From the NCBI RefSeq assembly GCF_009914755.1, contig NC_060926.1: DNA of 64,000 nucleotides, one strand, 5' to 3'. This document shows positions 1 to 17,310 of this stretch, piece after piece; the stretch's first letter is position 1; each line of letters opens with the position of its first letter. The DNA comes from the human T2T-CHM13v2.0 reference genome, Homo sapiens. A program made the position numbers and the translations under genes. Below the pieces are notes generated by a model. It worked only from the letters and a program-made list of their open reading frames with translations, did no database searches and was not told where the DNA came from.

Positions 1-81
1 GAACTCCTGACTTCAGGTGATTCCCCCGCCTCGGCCTTCCCAAAGTGCTGGGATTACAGGCCTGAGCCACCGCGCCCAGCC
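1..81 (-). mobile_element. Alu (AluS-like), left arm, cut by window edge
   Basis: CAAAGTGCTGGGATTACAGGCCTGAGCCACCGCGCCCAGCC is the reverse complement of the Alu 5' end. Confidence 0.95.
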
Positions 82-349
82 AATTTATTTTTACAAAAGA
101 ATATTTCTATAACAAATAAGAAAAAATGGAATTATAACAACACTGTTGGTTTATAGCATCGAATGAACAAAAATCGGGGTATAAAGGAGGGGATGGCAGT
201 TCTTTCCATGGATAAGGCATAGTCAAAATTCCTACTCATTTTTTTTTAACTCTGATAATTAAGCGATAGGGATAAACACAACTTGGTAAACCAAAAATTA
301 AAGACTAAGAACTGAATGTCTCTTCTTTCAAATACAAGAGAAAATTCAT

Positions 350-445
350 GTAAATAAATAAATATGATATACTTAATACATATAATATTAACATCAATAT
401 TAATAATATAATATTATATATTAAATATTATATTCTTAATTATAA
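350..445. repeat. AT-rich low-complexity tract
   Basis: Almost pure A/T (TAAATAAATA...TAATAATATATAATATTATA). Confidence 0.7.
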
Positions 446-549
446 AAGATAGGAAGTGAAAGGAACAACAGTGAGCCCCCAAAGAGACAAAAGTGTGAAA
501 CTACACAGCAAGAATGAGTGAAAGAGAGTTGTTTAAATTCCATAGTTAG

Positions 550-923
<374 letters not shown>

Positions 924-1049
924 CTAAAAGGGACACTTAAAGTGAAAGGTGACTGAAAGGCTAAGAATGAAGGACCAGGCAAAGATATAACAGGCAGGAA
1001 GACAAAGCAACGAAGAAGAGAGAGGAAAATGAATGAAAGGCAAGGCAGG

Positions 1050-2660
<1,611 letters not shown>

Positions 2661-2675
2661 AAAATAGGCTTCTCA

Positions 2676-5110
<2,435 letters not shown>

Positions 5111-6198
5111 TAAAACAATGACAGCTATCCAAATTATATTTCTAAATAAACTATACAGAGTGCAGTTAACAGATGACATAAATACAATTTTATATGAAAT
5201 ATATTATAACTAAGTAAATGGAATGCTGAGACTACCTTCCAATCCCCCTATCCTCTAAGAAATAGGAAATAGTCCATTCATTTGCTGTTAAAATCTTTAC
5301 CAATCATTCTAGTCCTTCTTGCTCTATTTGCATTGTGTCTCAGCTTTAGGCAAATGAGAAATGGGAAAGTGACTCACCAGGTTTGCTCAGTGGCCAGCTC
5401 GGAAGGAAAATGCTTGGTGTCCCAGCAGTTATGGACATCACACCGGCAGAGGGGCAGGTGGCCTGGTCCTCCCTGGCAGGATGTGCCTTTTTCAGATGGC
5501 CCCACGAGGCATCCTGCACCCTGAGGCCTGGTCCATCTCCCAAGTTCACACTTCCAAGAAGAGAAGGTGGGCTGGGGAAGGATTCAGAGCTGTCTGGGCT
5601 GTGTTCACTGCCATGTTTATTAATAGAGCTGCTGTGAAACTACCTGGACTGAAAAAAAGGGACTCAGGTACAAAATTCCTGCATCAGCTGGTGCTGAGTC
5701 AGCCTCAGTTCATGATCAGGAATGTTCTGAATTGATCATCAGCCTGAGTCAACATTTGCACCCTCCACCCTGGGCAGGTCCAGTGGTCCCTGTGCGTGGA
5801 GCCCAGCACTGGCTGCAGTGCAGGAGCTGGAACTAGAAACACGGAAGGCAGGTGTCCAATGTACAGGTGAGGTCAGCCTGCAGGGAAGTGGGGGGGCATG
5901 GAGGTCAGGGCAAGAAGCGAGTTCCTACCAACAGGCTCGGCAGGCCCTTTTGGGATTTCATCTCTCGCTCTGCCTCTTCTTATAAGGTCACCAATCCCAT
6001 CATGAAGGCCCCAACCTCATGGTTAATCTAACCCCAATTACCTCCCAAAGGCCCATCTCCAGATATCATTACATTGGAGGTTAGGGCTTCAACATATGAA
6101 TTTTGGTTGGACACAAACATTCAATTAATGCATCCCATTATTAATGTTCATTTGTTGGAGAGGGGAGTTATATTATTAAAAATGCTAGAGGAACATGA

Positions 6199-6490
<292 letters not shown>

Positions 6491-6499
6491 GCTTTTTCT

Positions 6500-7252
6500 T
6501 TTTTATACAACTTTATTGAGGTATCATTGGCAATTAATGGAATGCGCGTGTTTGAAACGCACAGTTTGGTAAGTTTTGACATGTGTACATGGCAGGGGAG
6601 CCATTGCCACCTTCAAGGTCATCCCTGCGGGAGGGTCCCCTTTGCCATTTCTCCCCCTTGTCCCCAACCCACCTCAACCTGTCCTCAGGCAACACTCATC
6701 TGCTCCTGTCACTATGGAATAGTTTTCTTTTTTCTAGAATATTATATAAATGGGATCATACAGTATGTACTCTTTTTTTTACAGCTTTTTTAGCTCCATG
6801 TAAATATTTTAAGATCCATCCCTGCTGCATGTCATCAGTAATTTGTTCCTTTTTACCATTGAGTTGTGTTCCATTGTGTGGCTAACCCTAATCTGTCTCT
6901 CCCTTCCCTGATGATTGACATTTGGGTGGTTTCCAGTTTGGGGCTTTTACAAATAAAGCTGTGATGAGCAGTTGTGTATCAGCCTTTGTACAGACATTTG
7001 CTTTATTTTCTTTTGGGTAAATACCTAAAAGAGGAATGGCTGGGTCATAAGGTAGGTGTATGTTTAAGGTTTTAAGAAACTGTCAAACTGTTTCCAAATT
7101 GTTTGTATCATTTTCACATTCCTCCCAGCAGAGTGTGAGTGTTCTGATTTCTCCACATTCCTGCCAGTGCTTGACATGGCTAGTATTTTGAAGTATAGCC
7201 ATTCTAGCGGTGATGTAGCGGTATCTGACTGCGGCTTTAATTTGCATTCCCC
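6500..7252 (-). mobile_element. Old L1M 3' end fragment
   Basis: ATAAATGGGATCATACAGTATGT, TTCCAGTTTGGGGCT, GGAATGGCTGGGTCATAAGGTAG, TTTAATTTGCATTCCCC motifs of antisense L1 3' region. Confidence 0.8.
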
Positions 7253-7364
7253 AGGAGCTGGGTTCCTAACCACTGCTGAATTGTGCCTCTCCAAGCCTTG
7301 GCCTCCTCCAGAATCATCATGAGAATTTTATGCCTGCCTCACAGGGGTTCTGAGGCGTGAGTGA

Positions 7365-7619
7365 AGTATCCATTCATTCTCTGCCCCATCTAATCATTAC
7401 CTCTCCCAGGTGTTTTGAATTTTACCAATAGCCATGTTGGAGAGGGAATGAGAATCAGGCTTCTCTGGTTTTTATAAAAACCGATATGATAGAGTATCCA
7501 TTCATTCTCTGCCCCATCTAATCATTACCTCTCCCAGGTATTTTGAATTTTACCAATAGCCATGTTGGAGAGGGAATGAGAATCAGGCTTCTCTGGTTTT
7601 TATAAAAATCGATATGATA

Positions 7620-7620
<1 letters not shown>
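7365..7620. repeat. Direct tandem duplication, 2 x 128 bp
   Basis: 7365-7492 and 7493-7620 differ only at 7412/7540 (G/A) and 7481/7609 (C/T). Confidence 0.95.
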
Positions 7621-7948
<328 letters not shown>

Positions 7949-8801
7949 CTATAGCAAGAGTCCACAAAAGATGTCAAAAAATGTCGGCAATATTGACACT
8001 AAGAAAATTCCCTGGATGCTGGAGCACAAGTCATTGTTTCCTTGTCACCATTTCTGCTACTCAACCCAATGCACAAGTTGAGGAAGAGATGCATTACCTT
8101 CCGGTTTCACCTCACTGCAATTCCAGAGAAGTCAGAGCCCTGCCCTTGAGGAGTGCATGAATCAGAGGGAAGGCAAACACCTCCTGCAGACACAGGACAC
8201 AGCAGGCACCTGGAAGTACCGTGCCTTGAACTGAGAGACTCAGGGAAGGCTTTATGGATCAGGAGCTCCTAGAAGAAAGAGTAGACGTTTTCCCTCATGT
8301 GATAGTGTAGAGAATCCTGGGAGAGGGACCGTGTGTGTGAAGGCCAGGGGGCCAGGGTAAGTGGGAGTGTTTCTGAAGCAATCACAAACCATTCAGGGGG
8401 CCTGAACCAATTGACCATGCTAAGATTGATTTTTCATCGTAGAGGCTAAGAGGACATTTTTGAGAACTTTGACCATGTTTTAGGAAGATCAGAGTGGCAG
8501 CAGTTTGCAGAATGGGAGAAGGGGATGAACAGCAGTGAGTGAACGAGTGACTGCATAGTCTAACCCTTGATCACAAGGGTTAGACCAAGACTGCTGCAGT
8601 TGTCCAGGGAAAGAGGTATTCATGGGCCTGAACTAAGTCAGTGATGGTGGAGAGAGAGAAGGGAGCCAGTCGAGTTCTAGGAGAGCTGAAAACATTGGCC
8701 GCTGATCACATGAGAAGGCAGAGGGACCCATTTCTGCTGTGGATACTGGACATCCACTGAAGTGTGAAATGCAGAGCTTAGTGAGGAAGAGGAAGCACTG
8801 G

Positions 8802-8927
8802 AGGGATGTCCCTGCGTGCTTCCCAATGTATACACCCCAAACCCAGGCCCTTCATCACTTGTATGGGGAAGCGATGAAGGGCCTGGGTTTGGGGTGTGTA
8901 CACTGGGAGGCACCTAGGGGCATCCCT
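8802..8927. repeat. Inverted repeat: 59-bp arms, 8-nt loop
   Basis: 8802-8860 pairs with 8869-8927 at 52/59 Watson-Crick positions, including an unbroken 25-bp run (8832-8856). Confidence 0.95.
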
Positions 8928-9699
8928 TGGACAATGGCATGGTGTCTGCAGCTCAGAACAGCTTGGACTGTTGAGAGTCATAGGACACGGGAGAACAGCA
9001 ACGCCAGGGGTAACGGTGAGATTGCCCAGGGCGGTGGGCAAGAAGTCCGAGGAAGAGGAGCCTCCAGAGGACTTTGGGGGGCACTGGTGGGAGAGAGAGG
9101 AAGGAAAGAGACCTCCAAATTCCAGTCAACATGGGGGAGTCAGAGTTAAACAAACCTGTAAATCGTTAAGTGGATAGAAGCACAGAGAGGAGGGCCGAGA
9201 CTGGAGCTCTCCCACAACGGGAGCCCGGAAGGGCAGATGCAGGGGCCGTTACTTCAGCTCTGACCGGGTGGGATCCAATGGCCCCAGGGAGGCTGCAGGG
9301 CAAGGTTGGACACCCTTCATGAGACCAAGGGCTATGGTTATATTCTCTCACTCGTGAAAGAAACTCAAATTCTCTGCCCCCCTGGGATGGCAGCCAGAAT
9401 GTAGCTGCGGGTCTGTGATGAAGGAAAAGGCAGACAAACAACAGCGGATCGGGATCTTGGCATTTGGAACTGCTTACCAGTTCCAGGATCGAAGCTGCCA
9501 TGAACTCTTGGGGTGAGAACCCTGAACTGCTAATAACGCTCTTCCTCTGAGTCTTGGTCTCTTGGAGATCTGACTGAGGATACCTGAAATTATCAAACAG
9601 GAAAAGGTGATGCCTGCAGGAGAGAAAATACGGCTCCTATGCCAAACGAGCCCATAAATGAGCGTTATAAAGAATCTCCCAAAATCAGATGCCCCAGAA

Positions 9700-10459
9700 G
9701 AAAGACACGAAGTTAACAAATTGGAGAATACACACCTGGAAAAAAATAGAAAAATAGTGAAAACTGAAAAGGACTTTAATAGTGTGTGTTTAAAATCCTC
9801 AGAAAGTTTTAAAAAAAGTGACAGCAACTGTAAATAAGAACAGGGAGTTATGAAACAAAAACATAGCACTCAGGAATCAAGATCAATATGGATCCATTGA
9901 TCAATGATCAATAAAGATCAATTTCAAAATCTGGAAAAAAAAGGTAGTTTTGAAATCAAAGCCCGCCGCAATGAGGTAAACAATAAGCTGGAAAAAAGTT
10001 GATGAGCGACTTTGTAAGACAGAATTGCAGAAATCAATCAAAATGCAGCACAGAGAGATAAAGAGAGAGAGAAATATGAAAGAGAAGTAAAGCGATGTGG
10101 AGAAGATACTGAAAAGCTCCGTACATATGAAACAGAATAGAATCAGTAGGGTCATGGCTAATTATTTCCAGAAGGGAAGGAAAATAAGAGCTCCTCAGAC
10201 TAAAAGAACAAGTCGAGGGCCAAGTAAGATAAACACACAAACAAAATTCCATATTTAGATGTATCAGAGTGAAACTACAGATCAGAGATGATAAATACAA
10301 TTTCAAACTACCAGAAAGAAAACACATTTTAGCCTAGGGAATGGCTATCTGTTCGAGAGCATCTTCATCAGCAAAAAAGAGGCCAGAAAACAATGGAGCA
10401 AAATGTTGAGGGAAAACATCTAACAATGCAATATTCTCTGCTCAACTCAAACGTCTTTT
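9700..10459 (+). mobile_element. Ancient L1M ORF1-region remnant
   Basis: A-rich decayed sequence resembling L1 ORF1 (e.g. GAGGCCAGAAAACAATGGAGCAAAATGTTGAGGGAAAA). Confidence 0.5.
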
Positions 10460-10475
10460 AAGAGTTACGGTGGCC

Positions 10476-11985
10476 CCTCTCCCCTCTCCCCTCTCCCCTC
10501 TCCCCTCTCCCCTCTCCCCTCTCCACGGTCTCCTTCCATGGTCTCCCCCTGATGCCGAGCCGAAGCTGGACTGTACTGCTGCGATCTCGGCTCACTGCAA
10601 CCTCCCTGCCTGATTCTCCTGCCTCAGCCTGCCGAGTGCCTGCGATTGCAGGCGCGCGCCGCCACGCCTGACTGGTTTTCGTATTTTTTTGGTGGAGACG
10701 GGGTTTCGCTGTGTTGGCCGGGCTGGTCTCCAGCTCCTAACCGCGAGTGATGCACCAGCCTCGGCCTCCCGAGGTGCCGGGATTGCAGACGGAGTCTCGT
10801 TCACTCAGTGCTCAATGGCGCCCAGGCTGGAGTGCAGTGGCGTGATCTCGGCTCGCTACAACCTCCACCTCCCAGCCGCCTGCCTTGGCCTCCCAAAGAG
10901 CCGAGATTGCAGCCTCTGCCGGTCCGCCACCCCGTCTGGGAAGTGAGGAGCGTCTCTGCCTGGCCGCCCATCGTCTGGGATATGAGGAGCCCCTCTGCCT
11001 GGCTGCCCAGTCTGGAAAGTGAGGAGCGTCTCTGCCCGGCCGCCATCCCATCTAGGAAGCGAGGAGCGCCTCTTCCCCGCCGCCATCCCATCTAGGAAGT
11101 GAGGAGCGTCTCTGCCCGGCCGCCCATCGTCTGAGAGGTGGGGAGCACCTCTGCCCCGCCGCCCTGTCTGGGATGTGAGGAGCGTCTCTGCCCGGCCGCC
11201 CCGTCTGAGAAGTGAGGAAACCCTCTGCCTGGCAACCGCCCCGTCTGAGAAGTGAGGAGCCCCTCCGTCCAGCAGCCACCCCGTCTGGGAAGTGAGGAGC
11301 GTCTCCGCCCGGCTGCCACCCCGTCCGGCGGGGGGGGAGGTCAGCCCCCCGCCTGGCTAGCCGCCCCGTCCGGGAGGTGAGGGGCTCCTCTGCCCGGCCG
11401 CCCCTACTGGGAAGTGAGGAGCACCTCTGCCCGGCCACGACCCCGTCTGGGAGGTGTGCCCAGCGGCTCATTGGGGATGGGCCATGATGACAATGGCGGT
11501 TTTGTGGAATAGAAAGGCGGGAAGGGTGGGGAAAAAATTGAGAAATCGGATGGTTGCCGGGTCTGTGTGGATAGAAGTAGACATGGGAGACTTTTCATTT
11601 TGTTCTGTACTAAGAAAAATTCTCCTGCCTTGGGATCCTGTTGATCTGTGACCTTATCCCCAACCCTGTGCTCTCTGAAACATGTGCTGTGTCCACTCAG
11701 GGTTAAATGGATTAAGGGCGGTGCAAGATGTGCTTTGTTAAACAGATGCTTGAAGGCAGCATGCTCGTTAAGAGTCATCACCACTCCCTAATCTTAAGTA
11801 CCCAGGGACACAAACACTGCGGAAGGCCGCAGGGTCCTCTGCCTAGGAAAACCAGAGACCTTTGTTCACTTGTTTATCTGCTGACCTTCCCTCCACTATT
11901 GTCCTATGACCCTGCCAAATCCCCTTCTGCGAGAAACACCCAAGAATGATCAATAAAAAAATAAATAAATAAATAAATAAAAAAA
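10476..11985 (+). mobile_element. Full-length SVA retrotransposon (SVA_C/D-like)
   Basis: (CCCCTCT)x7 head, antisense Alu-like domain, GC-rich VNTR (~10925-11455), SINE-R (HERV-K LTR-derived), AATAAA plus A tail; 16-bp TSD AAGAGTTACGGTGGCC (10460-10475 / 11986-12001). Confidence 0.97.
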
Positions 11986-11997
11986 AAGAGTTACGGT

Positions 11998-12300
11998 GGC
12001 CAAGCGCGGCGGCTCACACCTGTAATCCCAGCACTATGGGAGGCCGAGGCGGGTGGATCAACTGAGGTCAGGAGTTTAAAATCAGCCTGGCCAATATGGC
12101 GAAACACCATCTGTACTAAAAATACAAAAAAAAAAATTGGCCAGGCGTGGTGGCCTGTGCCTGTAATCCCAGCTACTGAGGAGGCTGAGGCACAAGAATC
12201 GCTTGAACCTGGGAGATGGAGGTCGCGGTGAGCCGAGATCGCACCACTGCTCCAGGCTGGGCCACAGAGCAAGACTCTGTCTCAAGAAAAAAAAAAAAAA
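11998..12300 (+). mobile_element. AluS, full length, directly abutting the SVA
   Basis: Dimeric Alu; TSD AAGAGTTACGG(T/C) at 11986 and 12301. Confidence 0.95.
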
Positions 12301-12400
12301 AAGAGTTACGGCAATATAGAAATATTTCTAGGCATACAAGTACTATAATTCTGATTATCTGCTCAACATGGCGAAATGAGCAGACCTCAAGCAGTAGTAA

Positions 12401-12823
<423 letters not shown>

Positions 12824-14106
12824 TAGGTTCTTTGTCTCATTCAGAAGAATCTGCTTCCATTTAGATTTTGGCTTCAGGAAGACACATGGCATTGGAGGGG
12901 GCATTTTCCTAATGGGGCTCTTCTCATCATGTGGATCGCTCGATGGCAAAACAAAGCTGCTCCCTGGGTTGTCTTTGGTTCTTCAAGTGCTCTGAATTGG
13001 ATGTGTGGTTTTTTTCCTTTTGGCAATGCCAAGATCTAGTCTATAATCACATTCATTTTGCACATGGCAATAAACACTCGATTAAAGTTTCCAGCTCCCA
13101 AGATCAGAATCCACTAACTAGCTGAACACAAAGCTGACATAATTACCTTCCTTGGAACACTGGTTTAGAACAGCAAATTACAGTCATTCAATTATCCACA
13201 GGAGGGCTCTGCTGATGTTCCAAACGCAGAAAGAGAAGCTTGGGTAGAAGGATAAGGAAATAATTTGGGGGAGAATGTGGACTAAACCTTTACAGTTTAA
13301 ACAACATTTCAATAAACTATAAGATTCAAGAGAGTGCCACATCTGATTCAAATTAACCTTCAGCTTCCTGCTGCTGTACACATTTATAGAAACACATGAA
13401 ACACATTGGTACCAAAGAATAAAAGTGTTTTTCTGCAAACTAGTAATCTGAAAGTAAATGGAATGATTTCAGCAGCAACAACCTGGTTTTCTGATTTTTT
13501 CATTTCCCCAATTTTATTTAAACAGTCTAGTAACTGAAGAAAGGGCATCTAGGAAGGTAAGAATTGGTAGAGTGATTATTTTTTTCTTTCTCTCTTTCTC
13601 TCTCTTGCCCACCTACACATTTGCTCACAAGGCTATTAATAGTAAAAGACTACTATTGCATGTCAATCTCTGACATTTGGATTCAATGTAAAATTGTGGT
13701 TTTATGCTTCTCTACCCCAAACTGAACCTTCCCACTCAGTCCAGGGCTAAACAGATGGGGCCTGCAGACCTCTTTTGCTGTATCTGCAGTGAAGGACTAT
13801 GGCCTTGGCTCATTAACAGGCAGCTCCAAGTGAGAGTACAAGCCAGGGCCTAGACCAGGCAAGAACAACTATCCTCACTCCAATTTTGCCATCGGGAGGC
13901 AAGTCCCTCCAGGAGTCTGCCATCCTTGCAATGCTTCTTTGATTGAGCAGAAGTACTGTAAAAAGTGCCACTGCTATGGACCAGTGAAAAAAATAAGAGT
14001 ATTCTGTGTATATCAACTGTGGACCAACCAGATAGCTTTACCAACATTATGCTTTAGGTGTGACAAAAAGTTGTGGGTTTTTTTTTTTTTTCTATGTGCG
14101 TGTGTG

Positions 14107-14390
14107 TTTTTTTTTTTTGAGACAGGGTCTCACTCTGTCACAGGCTGGAGTGCAGTGGTACAGTCTGGGCTCACTGCAGCCTCGACCTCCCAGGCTCAAG
14201 TGAGCCTCCTGAATAGCTGGGACTACAGGTACCTGCCACCATGCCTGGCTAATTTTTTGTATTTTTTTTGTAGAGACCGGGTTTCACGATGTTGCCCAAG
14301 CTGGTCTTTGAACTCCTGGGCTCAAGCAATCCTCCCACCTCGGACTCCCAAAGTGCTGGGGATTATAGGCATGAACCACTGTGCCCAGCC
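14107..14390 (-). mobile_element. AluJ-like
   Basis: GAGACAGGGTCTCACTCTG...GAACTCCTGGGCTCAAGCAATCC (J-type), with internal deletion. Confidence 0.88.
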
Positions 14391-14919
14391 AAAAAGTTTT
14401 ATTTTTGTTCAAATTATTTTTCCTAGCCTTAGCTTACTTGACCACTGCTGTGTAACTTCACCACTACCACTATCAACAACAACATGTACCCTCAGCCTTC
14501 CACAAACACCCAGCATAGCAACCTAGCTAGTAGTTTTCCTCTTTTAAAAAATGTCCGTCCCATTTCTGTTCCATTATTCACAGTGAAAGGAGTCAAAACA
14601 GGAGAATAGGGAAGTCGGAGGAAATTGACAGTCTATCCCTTTGATCCTTCTTAACCAGGGAACAGAACAATGACCTTGCTGGAGGGAACCGCGTTACGGG
14701 AACAATGACCTAAATAACTCTGACACTGGGTGAAAATGTGGAGGATTCCAGACATCTGAGGTTGAGATGAGCTGGATGGTTTAGTGCTTAAGCATGGCTA
14801 GCACCAGACTGACATCAGTTCAGTAATATTCCTTCCTACACTGAAGGTGAGTGAAAACATCTCCCATGAACCCTTGGTGCAGACTTCACAACATCTTGCT
14901 GTGTCTGTTTTCTTTTTAA

Positions 14920-15167
14920 ACACAAAGTTTCTTATTTTTTCAAACTTTTCATTTCAAAATAATTCGATATTCAGAGGAAGTTGCAAAGATTGTATAGAGA
15001 GGTACTATGTAACCTTCACCTGTCTCCCCCAGTGTGACACAGTACTATGCAAACACAATACGATTACAGTCCAATTTCCACGATATGAATTGCAGTACAA
15101 TTTCAACATCAGGCAATTGGTGTTGGTGCAATCCACAGGCCTTATTCACCAGTTCCACAAGCACTTA

Positions 15168-15200
<33 letters not shown>

Positions 15201-15290
15201 TTTGGGCACATGTGTAGATTCATACCCCCACCCACCACCACAATGAAGATACAGAGTTGTTTCATCAGCACAGAGATTCCTCTTGTGCTG
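14920..15290 (-). mobile_element. Old L1M 3' fragment containing (GT)14 at 15171-15198
   Basis: TTCAGAGGAAGTTGCAAAGATTGTATAGAG and ACAATGAAGATACAGAG motifs; GT microsatellite read directly. Confidence 0.6.
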
Positions 15291-16529
15291 TCAAGTTTCT
15301 TAACATGTTGATGTTCACCTAGTTTGGTAATAAGATTGGGTTCTTGCTGAAATAACACATCGAACATAGGGTGTACTGTTCTTATGAAGACCTCACATAA
15401 AATCCTTTGCCCTGGGACAAATGTGCTTCTTCCCACCTGGATACAGTTTACCCTAATTCAAGACAAAAATTGTGAAAAGGAAATAATCAATCTTGAGGTT
15501 TTTGTCTTCATCCAATCAAGCACCCAGCACTATTAAGACTTCCTCCAAAACACACTGAATTCCATGCAGTCTTTCCATCCCATTGGCATGGTCATTGTTC
15601 AGGATGCAAATGTCTTTTCCCTGGATCAATGTGACAGACATCCATCCAAATGGCAGCTCTGCCTCCATTCGTGTTCCCCTGCAGCAATCCAGCCACCACC
15701 ATACGGCCACAGGGCTCCTTTAAAAGGGCCAATCATGTCACATCAGCCCCTCTCCCAACCAGTCCTGTTTAATAAAACTTAATGCTCCTCCCATGGATCT
15801 TGTGAGCAAATTTAAACTCCAGCTGGTGGCTCATGAGACCGCTTGCTATCAGCCCTGCTATCAACCCCCTGCCAATCCTTGCAGTGGCCTTCACCTCTCC
15901 TCCCCTGATGTCCAGCAACACTGGATTTCCTGTGCCCTTGGGTTGGGTGTGCTCTCTTCACATCTGGGCCACCCATGTGATGCTGACCACCCCATTCTCT
16001 CTCCTATTGCCCCCGGATCGCTGCTCATCCTTCTAATGTCAGCTTCGACACCACTTCCTCCAAAAACCCTTCTTCAGCTTCCCAAGTGTGTGCTACATGC
16101 CTCTCTGTGTGCATCCTGGGGCGAGGGTTCCACGGGACCCTCAGCACAGTGTGTGATCTTGGCCACCAAATATCGGGGTCCACCTGCAGCCTTTAAGCTC
16201 CAGCCACACAAAGACGCTTCTCACTTGTTTACCTTTGCATTCTGATGAAAATGACACCCAGACATAAGATGCCCTTATTGGGACAGGGAAAAGTGAGGAC
16301 AATGTGGGAAAGATCAAGAATGAGGCCTGAGAAACCCATATAAGGAGGAGAATGAGGGATTCAGCCTCTTGACAGGGAATGTCCTCATTCTTACGGTATC
16401 ATCCCACCATTACCCACTGATTTCAGAGGGAGGATGTGCTTCCGATGGAGACGCTCTGTAGCAGCTCCTTCGTCGAGTGATGGAATGCAGCCACCCAGCA
16501 TACATGCCTCTGGGTGGGGCCCTGTGAAG

Positions 16530-17310
<781 letters not shown>

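Noticed and set aside
10592-11949. Dense overlapping Arg/Gly-rich ORFs and CpG-island-like composition
   Set aside because: SVA Alu-like, VNTR and SINE-R domains; not a gene or native promoter
11986-12311. Alu as a 3' transduction of the SVA (outer 11-bp match 10460/12301)
   Set aside because: The longer 16-bp perfect TSD closes directly after the SVA tail and includes the Alu's GGCC, favouring insertion beside a pre-existing Alu
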